64,000 bases of DNA. Source: Nemertoderma westbladi (lineage: Eukaryota > Animalia > Xenacoelomorpha). Position 1 is the first letter of the stretch. Each line of letters begins with the position of its first letter. Location: NCBI GenBank assembly GCA_032718475.1, contig JAUCBJ010001431.1, positions 62,001 through 126,000 of the forward strand, in the 5' to 3' direction. Shown one piece after another: positions 52,330-62,476 of the stretch. Under the pieces are notes generated by a model. The model did no database searches, had not been told where the DNA came from, and worked only from the letters and a program-made list of their open reading frames with translations. Made by a program: the position numbers and the translations under genes.

Positions 52330-54514
52330 TGATACAGCGACTAATGTAAGTTTAACTTACCCAGTTTGATACAGCGACTAAATCTAAGTTAAACTTACTC
52401 AGTTTGATACAGAGACTAACTAATGTAAGTTAAACTTACCCAGTTTGATACAAAGACTAACTAATGAAAGTTAAACTTACCCAGTTTGATACAGAGACTG
52501 ATGTAAGTTAAACTTACCCAGTTTGATACAGAGACTAATGTAAGTTAAACTTACCCAGTTTGATACAGAGACTAATGTAAGTTTAACTTACCCAGTTTGA
52601 TACAGAGACTAATGTAAGTTAAACTTACCCAGTTTGATACAGAGACTAATGTAAGTTAAACTTACCCAGTTTGATACAAAGACTAACTAATGAAAGTTAA
52701 ACTTACCCAGTTTGATACAGAGACTAATGTAAGTTAAACTTACCCAGTTTGATACAGAGACTAATGTAAGTTAAACTTACCCAGTTTGATACAGAGACTA
52801 ATGTAAGTTAAACTTACACAGTTTAATACAGAGACTAATGTAAGTTAAACTTACCCAGTTTGATACAGAGACTAACTAATGTAAGTTAAACTTACCCAGT
52901 TTGATACAGAGACTAATGTAAGTTAAACTTACCCAGTTTGATACAGAGACTAATGTAAGTTAAACTTACCCAGTTTGATACAGAGACTAAGGTAAGTTAA
53001 ACTTACCCAGTTTGATACAGAGACTGATGTAAGTTAAACTTACCCAGTTTGATACAGAGACTGATGTAAGTTAAACTTACCCAGTTTGATACAGAGACTG
53101 ATGTAAGTTAAACTTACCCAGTTTGATACAGAGACTGATGTAAGTTAAACTTACCCAGTTTGATACAGAGACTAATGTAAGTTAAACTTACCCAGTTTGA
53201 TACAGAGACTAATGTAAGTTAAACTTACCCAGTTTGATACAGATACTAAGGTAAGTTAAACTTACCCAGTTTGATACAGAGACTAATGTAAGTTAAACTT
53301 ACCCAGTTTGATACAGAGACTGCTGTAAGTTAAACTTACCCAGTTTGATACAGAGACTAATGTAAGTTAAACTTACCCAGTTTGATACAGAGACTAATGT
53401 AAGTTAAACTTACCCAGTTTGATACAGAGACTAATGTAAGTTAAACTTACCCAGTTTGATACAGAGACTAATGTAAGTTAAACTTACCCAGTTTGATACA
53501 GAGACTGCTGTAAGTTAAACTTACCCAGTTTGATACAGAGACTGCTGTAAGTTAAACTTACCCAGTTTGATACAGAGACTAATGTAAGTTAAACTCACCC
53601 AGTTTGATACAGAGACTAACTAATGTAAGTTAAACTTACCCAGTTTGATACAGAGACTAACTAATGTAAGTTAAACTTACCCAGTCTGATACAGAGACTA
53701 ATGTAAGTCAAACTTACCCAGTTTGATACAGAGACTAATGTAAGTTAAACTTACCCAGTTTGATACAGAGACTAATGTAAGTTAAACTTACCCAGTTTGA
53801 TACAGAGACTAACTGATGTAAGTTAAACTTACCCAGTTTGATACAGAGACTAACTAATGTAAGTTAAACTTACCCAGTTTGATACAGATACTAACTAATG
53901 TAAGTTAAACTTACCCAGTTTGATACAGAGACTAACTAATGTAATTAAACTTACCCAGTTTGATACAGAGACTGATGTAAGTTAAACTTACCCAGTTTGA
54001 TACAGAGACTAAGGTAAGTTAAACTTACCCAGTTTGATACAGAGACTAACTAATGTAATTAAACTTACCCAGTTTGATACAGAGACTAATGTAAGTTAAA
54101 CTTACCCAGTTTGATACAGAGACTAATGTAAGTTAAACTTACCCAGTTTGATACAGAGACTAATGTAAGTTAAACTTACCCAGTTTGATACAAAGACTAA
54201 CTAATGTAAGTTAAACTTACCCAGTTTGATACAGAGACTAATGTAAGTTAAACTTACCCAGTTTGATACAGAGACTAATGTAAGTTAAACTTACCCAGTT
54301 TGATACAAAGACTAACTAATGTAAGTTAAACTTACCCAGTTTGATACAGAGACTAATGTAAGTTAAACTTACCCAGTTTGATACAGAGACTGATGTAAGT
54401 TAAACTTAACCAGTTTGATACAGAGACTGATGTAAGTTAAACTTAACCAGTTTGATACAGAGACTAATGTAAGTTAAACTTACCCAGTTTGATACAGAGA
54501 CTAATGTAAGTTAA
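52330..54514. repeat. 37-bp satellite, left block (41-bp CTAA-duplication variants)
   Basis: Unit CTAATGTAAGTTAAACTTACCCAGTTTGATACAGAGA. Confidence 0.98.
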
Positions 54515-55120
54515 TGTTAGCGAATCAATCCCGCCAATACTCCACAAAGTTAAGCCAATAAGCAATATTGGGGGACACGAGATTAGGTCCCAAACCAACT
54601 CGTGTCTCCCCAACAGAATGGGAAGGAGAAGCACACAATAAGGGTCAGGGGTTAGTATCCTGACAAGGGAGAGAATAGCTGGGGTGAACGGGAACACCTC
54701 AAAGGGCGCCAACAAGGGTAGCAACCAATCAGAGGGGGGCTGGCACCGATTGAGTAGCAATAAGGCCACCGTGCGATATAACCAGTAAGCAGTAATCATA
54801 TTACCTCAGTTATCTCAGTGTTACTGGTGGTACAGTAAGTTACAATTAGGGAAGTACCGGGATTTTAGTTACCGTCATCCCGTCAACCTGTGAACGTCAG
54901 TGTATAACATCAATCTATATCTATATCTATATCACGTCTCAAGATCACAATATAACGAACAACAGTAACCTCAACTTACACTCTTTCACACGGCGGGGAC
55001 GCGTGAACTAAAACAGGATAAATCGGGTTCATCTCCGGATGATCCCGTCACAGTAACTAAATAACAACTGCTGCCCTAGCCTAATAGACTCAGATACCAC
55101 CAGCCACCAACAGACAAAAG

Positions 55121-58100
55121 ATGAGCGAGTCGGGTGAAGTGACACCCACGCGGACCCCGGACGACGACGATCTAACGATCCGCGAGGCCGCGACCAGGCG
55201 ATATACGCCCACGACACCGGAGCCATCCGTACCGGGCGAACCGGGGATTCGAGTAGAGGGGGACCGCCTGGAACCAGAGATCGAGCCGGAGGATAGAGAG
55301 ATCGGGCTCGAGGAAGAGAGAGACGAGTCGACACACAGCGGGGATGTCGATACCGACGTCGCGGGCCAGCCACAGGCCGAGGGCGACGAACGGCCCACCG
55401 AGACGGCGACGGTGGGGCCGACGGTACGACGCCGGACCCGGAGAGACGACGGGGATGTCGACACCGATGTCGCCGGCCAACCGCAGGCCGAGGGCGACGC
55501 ACGGCCCACCGGAACGGCGACGGTGGGGCCGCCGGTACGACGTCGAACCCGGAGAGACGGACGAGGGGTCGGCGACGAGGACGTCGGGGTTTCCGAGCGA
55601 CTTCGACGGGCCTACAACGCGACCCGGAGACTGATAAAGGAGGCCAGAGAAGGGAAGAGGATAGACGAGGTAAAACTGAACCTAGGACTAGGTGAGTCGA
55701 ATAGACATTTATATTATCTAGTGCGCTTCGGGCAGAGAGGATTGGCCGAGGAGAGAGCGACTTGGGTCGCCGAGGAACTGTATGACTCATGGCGGTATGG
55801 GAGTATAGAACCTAGGGTAGTGTACTTAGGGCCATACTTAATCGATGCCCGGGGTATAAAGACAGTAGGTTGGAACAGACCAGAGGAGGGCGAACCCGAG
55901 GTTGACCCCGCGGGTTCGGTCTCGTCGGTCGGAGGGAGTTCCGGAAAGGGGGGGAGAGCCAGCGGGTCGGGAAGGCGGAGGGAATCCGTCGCAACCGATA
56001 AGTCTGTTACATCCTCCGAAAAAGAAAGACGGGTGAGAGAGATAGAGGCTAGACACCGTTTCAATGTAGTGGTAGAGGCGAATAGAGAACTAGGTAGACG
56101 GCTAGAGGAGGGGAGAGTGATGCTAGAGAGGGAAACGGTGTCGATTAAAGAGCTGAGGGAGAGGGGCGAAAGGGCCGCGAGGAACCTTAGGGAGTGTGAG
56201 GAGATAGAGTTGAGGGAAGAGAGGGAACGCGAGAGAGAACGCGAGGCAGAACGCGAGAAACGCGAAGCAGAACGCGAGAAACGCGAGGCGGAACGCGAGA
56301 GAGAACGCGAGGAACGCGAGGCGAGAGAGAGAAGGGAACGAAGGGAACGCGAGGAGAAACGCGAGGCGGAACGCGAGAAACGAGAGGCGAGAGAGGAAAG
56401 TGAACGCGAGAAACGTGAGGCGAGAGAGGAAAGTGAACGCAAAGAGCGTAAGGCGAGAAGAAGAGAGGGGATTAGGAGAGAGCTGGAATTGATCGAGCAG
56501 GAAAAACGAGAGTCAAAGGAGAAAGTAACAAGAGTGGAGAGTGGCCGAATAGAGTTAGAGAAACAGCGAGACAAATTCGTAGAGTATACGGCTGTACACG
56601 CGCGCGAGGTGGAACGGGCGCGGGCAGGAGTGTCTGAGAGAGGGGCAGGCTCGAACATTTCAGAGGAGCCGGGGGCCGTGGATACGTTTATTAATACTCC
56701 ACTGACAGGGACCACACTACGGACACGAAACTGGTGTGATCGTACGAGCGGGGGGGGGGGTAATAACACTAATACAGTAGATAACGCTAATATTAATAAT
56801 ACTGTATTGGACGACTCTAACCAAATTTTTATTGCAGGAAATACGTTACCTAATAGTAATAATATTATTTTAAATCAGAACGGTTCTAATATTGACGTAC
56901 AGAGTAATTCTAGTGATGTAGTTATACAGAATAGTCCAAATAATTTAAATAATAACCCGAATTCGATTTTACAAAATAATCCGAATACTGTTATAACGCA
57001 ACATATTGTTTCTAGCTTTGGTGCGCAGGATAATCACAGTGGTATTATTAATGTAGACGTGTCCAACGCACATAGCCCGGCGGGTGAGGGCCTGGTAGGC
57101 CACGTAGTAAGTAGGCCGGAGACGGCGGGGTTGAGTCAACCCGGGGTGAGCCTGGTAGGCCACGCAGTGGGTAGACCGGAGACGGCGGGGTTGAGCCAAC
57201 CCGAGATGGGCCTGGTAGGCCACGTAGTCAGTAGGGCGGAAGTAGCGGGGTTGGGCCAACCCGAGGTAGGCCTGGTAGGCCTCGTAGTTAGTAGGCCGGA
57301 ATCGGCGGGGTTGAGACAACCCGAAGTAGGCCTGGTAGGCCAGGTAGTAGTGGAGAGAGGGGCGGGGGTAAGCGGACCCAGCCCCAATGTAAATGTTGTG
57401 TCGACGGGAGAAAAGTGTAGAGACGAGGTAGGAAATAGTGAAGTTAGATGTGGCGAGTGGGGGGGGGCTCCGAGCGCCCCACCACGTGAGATTAGCGGCG
57501 AGAAGGGGGGGGCGGAGAGCGCCCCACAAGAAGGGTACAGGAGTGTAGTAAGAGGTACCGAAGTTAGAAGTGGCGGGTGGGGGGGGGCTACGAGCACCCC
57601 ACCGCGAGAAGTTAGTGACGAGAGGGGGGGGGCAGAGAGTGTCCCACAGGCGTCGGCGGATAATGCGCGGGCCGAAGTAGGTAAACCGCAACACACGGCG
57701 ACGGAAAGTAATAGGGGGACCGCGAGTGTCCCCAGCGGCGGGCGATCGAGCAGAGAGATGCAGGTTGACGCCGCGAGAGGGCGGACGGAGTGTCAAGCCC
57801 GATCAGAAGAGAGAAGAAGAACAGTGGAGTTTAACCGGGAGGTCAACGAGAGATCTCACGAGCGGGAATACTGCACTGAGGGAAGAAGAGGAGAAGATGA
57901 TAGGAGAAGCATCGCCGCGAACGATAGAAGAGTGAGGACGGATAGTGAGCCGTCGGTGATTGAGATGGAAGAAGAGAGTCGGTGGGGTCGAACTACGGGA
58001 GATTGCCGTCGTCCCGGAGAGACGCGACCCGACGAGGCGCACTACGCGCCGAGAGAGAGGTACGTGACGTACCGACGCGAAGAAGAGAGCAGCAGAGGGG

Positions 58101-60922
58101 GTCGAAGGGAAACTTTCCGTCGGGATGTACCTACCGATCGAGAATACGGTAGCCGCGGGGAGGACTATTCGAGAAGAATAAACTTCGATTCCGAGCACAT
58201 ACAGACTGTAGGACATACTGCAGGCCTTACTGCACATACCGTAGGCCATGCTGACAGGAGCACCGTAGGCGATAGGATAGCGCGGACAACGGGATTAGAC
58301 CCGGAAGTCGCGGAATACATTCCGGTAGGTAGGCCAGAAGCTGATAGGCCTATACCGGTACCAGTGCAGCAGTATGACTACAGCACCAAAGGTTATAACA
58401 TATACCCAGGGGAGGGGGGAATTATTGCGGATAAATGCATGGGCCCCAATATATTAACATCAACCCCAGTACCAAACATATTGGTGGGGGGGGGACAGGG
58501 TGACATTCCCCCATCGCAATATCAACAATATACCCCGATAGAAGCGAGAACGAATCCCTTGGACGAAAACAAATCGTGTGACACAGAAATATGGAGGGGG
58601 CCGCTACCCCCAATGATATACCCAAGTCAGAGGAGAGCAGAGAATAGAACGGGTGGACCGCACCAAGCAAGGGAAACCATGCAACACCCATCGAACCCAT
58701 TAGAGGCGCAAGCAGTGGGGATGGCCACGTTAATCGATGCGTTAAAAACAAGGATCGAGTTACCACCCGTGGAACCATTCAAATTCGATGGGAGTAGGCC
58801 GGAAGAATATCTTCAGTTTCGGCGCATGTATAGCAACGAGATACTAACAAAAAATTTGACGCAGGCGGAGTGCCTAAAGTATCTGCAAGTATACACGGGA
58901 GGCCCAGCATACGACATCGTGAGGCAATACCAGGGTATAGAAGGGGGCTTCACGACAGCATGGCGGGCACTGGACAGGGAATACGGGCACCCAGCCAAGA
59001 TCATCAGGCAAACCCTGAGAGGCATAACAACGGGTGGCCTACAGGATAATCCCGTTAGCATTAAGACGTTTGCTAACAAAGTTGAAAAGGCGCTGATCGT
59101 GTTAAAGACGTTGGACGCACCATACGAACTCAACGCGTCTAACAACATCACCACGATAGCGCAGGCACTGCCGATCTGGTTACGAAGGAAGTGGAGGAAA
59201 ATCGCTTTCTCCACACGGGAAGAGAAGGGTGTGGAACCGGGCCTAGAAGAGATGTCGAGCTTCTTGAACTATGAAGCCGAACTAATAACAGACCCAGTCT
59301 ATAGCGAGGATAGTTTGGGGAAGGCACCTAAGACCGAATACAACTGGCCTGAACCCGAATATAATCCGACAGACCCATTCTCGGGAGTGGGACAATCACT
59401 ACCACATGCGGCCACACAGGGGACTGCTAGTCCACAGTTAGCTGGTAGCAGGGCCACACCGTGGCGGGGACAGAAAGAAAATAACACCATAAATAAACAT
59501 AATCCCAACATACCCAGTAGGCCGAGTACAGACAACCAAAACACTAAATCGGTACATATAAACCTACGCGCGATACGTGAGGGACTATACAGGGAACGCT
59601 ATAATCCAGGATTCGAATGTCAATTACATCGGGACGGAACACATAAGACCAGGAGTTGTAAGCACTGGCAAGCGTTGCCCAAACAAGATCGTATAGCCTA
59701 CACAGACGCAAACGGACTATGTCATCGATGTGTGGTAGAAGGACACAGGTCCGGAGAGTGTAGAGAAACAGCAGTCAGAGAGTCCGAGACTGGAGGCCAG
59801 GCAATGGCCACAAGCACGACAGAAGAGGAGAAGAAGAGAAAAGTACTACTCGGGGTAGTACCAGTAAAGATATCAGGAGAGGGCGGTCGATCAGTAACGA
59901 CATTAATGCTGGTCGACAGCGGAGCAGCCTTCACGCTGGTGGAGAACTGGGTGGCCGAAGAGATAGGGCTAAAGACAAGGCCGAATAGAATGGCGGTGAC
60001 TACCGTCTCGAGTAAAGATGAGGTCCTGGAGACGAGGGCGGGGCGGTGCAGGATAGCAGCGATTGCACCGGGATGCGACTATGGGGCGACGATCGACCCC
60101 ATCCACATCATCGAATCGATAAACATCAACGCCAGGCGACCAACCAACATTGAGGTCGAGCAGTATAGATTCCTGGACGGTATCGATTTCTCAATACCAA
60201 AGGTGGACGTTAGGAAGGTGTCCATTATAGTAGGGATGGACTGCCCGACGGCCCACGAGAGAACGAAGACGGTCTTCGGCGAAGACAGGCAGCGGGACCC
60301 GACGGCGATCCTCACGCCGTTCGGATGGACGCTTAGCGGCCCAGTTAAAACTAAGATCCCATGCAGTGTGACAGAGACATCAGGGTGCATGTTACCAGGC
60401 ACCGCAGGCGCAGAGGACGAAGAGGAGAAACAGGAGATAGTAGATCCAGATAGGGAGGTGACAGTAAGAAAGTGGGCAGAGGAGAGTAGGTTTCCCAGCA
60501 AGCATCGGTATGGAGATGGAGCGGAGCGGATGGCGAGGTGTCCGGAGGACAACACTCCGGGGGAGTGTCCAGAGGAGTGTCCGGAAGAGACGCAGGTCCG
60601 GTTTGGAGGCATACCGACAAGGGGGAAGTCGAGAAGGAAGGCAGGATGGAAAGGGATAGGACTATTATTCTACCTTCTGTTTTGCCTGTTCTTTCACTTT
60701 CTATTCATTCTGCCGGCGGGAGACAACAAGGAGGGAGGTGGCATTTTGACGCCAGAGGGCGAGATAGTTAAGAAGGGGGCGGAGAGACCCGATTTCAGAG
60801 TGGCAGAAGAGGGAGAACCAATTCCTGGTGAGATGGAATTGGCGAAGAGAGTGCGGCGAATTCTACAGGACCTACAAGATCAGCAGTGGGAGAGTGCCTG
60901 TTGGAAGAATCGCCCTAGTTAA
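55121..60922 (+). CDS. Bel/Pao Gag-protease polyprotein (1933 aa) lacking RT, RNase H and integrase core
   Basis: DUF1759-like LPPVEPFKFDG..EY..F...L...TGGPA...AW..L..EYG, Pao-type knuckles, LVDSGA protease, TPFGWTLSGP; no YxDD or DDE region recognised. Confidence 0.9.
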   Translation: MSESGEVTPTRTPDDDDLTIREAATRRYTPTTPEPSVPGEPGIRVEGDRLEPEIEPEDREIGLEEERDESTHSGDVDTDVAGQPQAEGDERPTETATVGPTVRRRTRRDDGDVDTDVAGQPQAEGDARPTGTATVGPPVRRRTRRDGRGVGDEDVGVSERLRRAYNATRRLIKEAREGKRIDEVKLNLGLGESNRHLYYLVRFGQRGLAEERATWVAEELYDSWRYGSIEPRVVYLGPYLIDARGIKTVGWNRPEEGEPEVDPAGSVSSVGGSSGKGGRASGSGRRRESVATDKSVTSSEKERRVREIEARHRFNVVVEANRELGRRLEEGRVMLERETVSIKELRERGERAARNLRECEEIELREEREREREREAEREKREAEREKREAEREREREEREARERRERREREEKREAEREKREAREESEREKREAREESERKERKARRREGIRRELELIEQEKRESKEKVTRVESGRIELEKQRDKFVEYTAVHAREVERARAGVSERGAGSNISEEPGAVDTFINTPLTGTTLRTRNWCDRTSGGGGNNTNTVDNANINNTVLDDSNQIFIAGNTLPNSNNIILNQNGSNIDVQSNSSDVVIQNSPNNLNNNPNSILQNNPNTVITQHIVSSFGAQDNHSGIINVDVSNAHSPAGEGLVGHVVSRPETAGLSQPGVSLVGHAVGRPETAGLSQPEMGLVGHVVSRAEVAGLGQPEVGLVGLVVSRPESAGLRQPEVGLVGQVVVERGAGVSGPSPNVNVVSTGEKCRDEVGNSEVRCGEWGGAPSAPPREISGEKGGAESAPQEGYRSVVRGTEVRSGGWGGATSTPPREVSDERGGAESVPQASADNARAEVGKPQHTATESNRGTASVPSGGRSSREMQVDAARGRTECQARSEERRRTVEFNREVNERSHEREYCTEGRRGEDDRRSIAANDRRVRTDSEPSVIEMEEESRWGRTTGDCRRPGETRPDEAHYAPRERYVTYRREEESSRGGRRETFRRDVPTDREYGSRGEDYSRRINFDSEHIQTVGHTAGLTAHTVGHADRSTVGDRIARTTGLDPEVAEYIPVGRPEADRPIPVPVQQYDYSTKGYNIYPGEGGIIADKCMGPNILTSTPVPNILVGGGQGDIPPSQYQQYTPIEARTNPLDENKSCDTEIWRGPLPPMIYPSQRRAENRTGGPHQARETMQHPSNPLEAQAVGMATLIDALKTRIELPPVEPFKFDGSRPEEYLQFRRMYSNEILTKNLTQAECLKYLQVYTGGPAYDIVRQYQGIEGGFTTAWRALDREYGHPAKIIRQTLRGITTGGLQDNPVSIKTFANKVEKALIVLKTLDAPYELNASNNITTIAQALPIWLRRKWRKIAFSTREEKGVEPGLEEMSSFLNYEAELITDPVYSEDSLGKAPKTEYNWPEPEYNPTDPFSGVGQSLPHAATQGTASPQLAGSRATPWRGQKENNTINKHNPNIPSRPSTDNQNTKSVHINLRAIREGLYRERYNPGFECQLHRDGTHKTRSCKHWQALPKQDRIAYTDANGLCHRCVVEGHRSGECRETAVRESETGGQAMATSTTEEEKKRKVLLGVVPVKISGEGGRSVTTLMLVDSGAAFTLVENWVAEEIGLKTRPNRMAVTTVSSKDEVLETRAGRCRIAAIAPGCDYGATIDPIHIIESININARRPTNIEVEQYRFLDGIDFSIPKVDVRKVSIIVGMDCPTAHERTKTVFGEDRQRDPTAILTPFGWTLSGPVKTKIPCSVTETSGCMLPGTAGAEDEEEKQEIVDPDREVTVRKWAEESRFPSKHRYGDGAERMARCPEDNTPGECPEECPEETQVRFGGIPTRGKSRRKAGWKGIGLLFYLLFCLFFHFLFILPAGDNKEGGGILTPEGEIVKKGAERPDFRVAEEGEPIPGEMELAKRVRRILQDLQDQQWESACWKNRPS

Positions 60923-61129
60923 GAGGTTTAGTCGTCCAATATTTTGGACTGAGGGGGGTGGGAATGAGGGCGAGACGCCCTTCCCACAAGAAATTAATTA
61001 TTTAATTAAAAATAAATAATAATAAATAATTAAATAATTAAAAATAATAGTTAGTAGAAGTAAGAAGTAGTTCGAAGATAGGAGAGTAGAGTTAGAAGGC
61101 GGCGGGGTAAGGGAGTGTGGCATATTGTC

Positions 61130-61600
61130 ATGCCACGAGTAGTAGTAGGGGGGTCGTGGGCACCGGAAGCGCCACGTAGAAAGTAGCAGTGGTAGAGTGG
61201 TTGTGGGCACCGGAAGCGCCACGTAGAAAGTAGTAGCAGAGTGGTTGTGGGCACCGTTAGCGCCACGTAGATGGAGGTAGAGTTAGTAAGAGGGTACGTA
61301 GTACCGGTTGTGGTTGTGGGCACCGTTAGCGCCACGTAGATAGAGATAGAGTTAGTTGGAGGATTTTAGTCAGAGTTAGAAAAGAGTTAGTAGACTTAGC
61401 AGAAAGTTAGAGAGTTCTAGTTAGAGTTAGTAGAAAGTTAGAGGCTTTTAGTTAGAGCTAAAAGTAGTAAGAGTTAGCAGAGAGTAGAGTTAGTAGTTAG
61501 TAGAGTTAGATAGTTAGAGTTAGTAAGTTAGATAAGGTAGATAGTATGATAGCACAGGGGTAGCATTAGAGGTCAGGGCCTTAGAGAGTGGCAGAGATTA
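61130..61600 (+). repeat. 3' UTR repeats (GTGGGCACCG..GCGCCACGTAGA x4) and C-poor AGTTAG-rich tract
   Basis: Seen directly in the sequence. Confidence 0.8.
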
Positions 61601-62476
61601 GAGAGGAAATAGTGAGAAGAGCTGTTGGCGAGAAGTTAAGAGTGCGATTCAGGTGTGGGGAGAGTGTAAGAGTGGGGAGAGAGCGAGTTGAGTTAGAGAG
61701 CGAAGTTAGAACGGTGAGAGTGTTGGGGAAACAAAAATTGTGTGAGAGAAGCGCACGATCGGCCCGACACGAGACGCCAGAGAGTAGTGACATCATACCC
61801 ATAGGGAGCGGCCTGGAAAGCCGACTCCAAAAGAAAAGATTTCCACCCCACACCCGATGCTAGATCGGGATCCAGCGGGATTGTAACGCACTTTATGGTT
61901 TGATGCTATCTTCACCGGGAAGATGGCATGGGGGGGAGTGTTAGCGAATCAATCCCGCCAATACTCCACAAAGTTAAGCCAATAAGCAATATTGGGGGAC
62001 ACGAGATTAGGTCCCAAACCAACTCGTGTCTCCCCAACAGAATGGGAAGGAGAAGCACACAATAAGGGTCAGGGGTTAGTATCCTGACAAGGGAGAGAAT
62101 AGCTGGGGTGAACGGGAACACCTCAAAGGGCGCCAACAAGGGTAGCAACCAATCAGAGGGGGGCTGGCACCGATTGAGTAGCAATAAGGCCACCGTGCGA
62201 TATAACCAGTAAGCAGTAATCATATTACCTCAGTTATCTCAGTGTTACTGGTGGTACAGTAAGTTACAATTAGGGAAGTACCGGGATTTTAGTTACCGTC
62301 ATCCCGTCAACCTGTGAACGTCAGTGTATAACATCAATCTATATCTATATCTATATCACGTCTCAAGATCACAATATAACGAACAACAGTAACCTCAACT
62401 TACACTCTTTCACACGGCGGGGACGCGTGAACTAAAACAGGATAAATCGGGTTCATCTCCGGATGATCCCGTCACA

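Larger units (their letters stand above)
54515..62476 (+). mobile_element. Young non-autonomous Bel/Pao LTR element
   Basis: 538-bp LTRs (54515-55052, 61939-62476) with no differences seen, TG...CA ends, TSD GTTAA, PPT GGGGGGGAG. Confidence 0.95.

Noticed and set aside
52330-54514. Resemblance of TTACCCAGTTTGA to the nematode SL1 spliced leader
   Set aside because: Short gapped match, with no GT donor after it and no Sm site; probably chance.
55029-60620. Long antisense ORFs (253-351 aa) opposite gag
   Set aside because: Shadow frames of repetitive purine-rich coding sequence; no recognisable domains.
61340-61600. Telomeric TTAGG repeats
   Set aside because: Irregular AGTTAG-rich tract, not a true TTAGG array.
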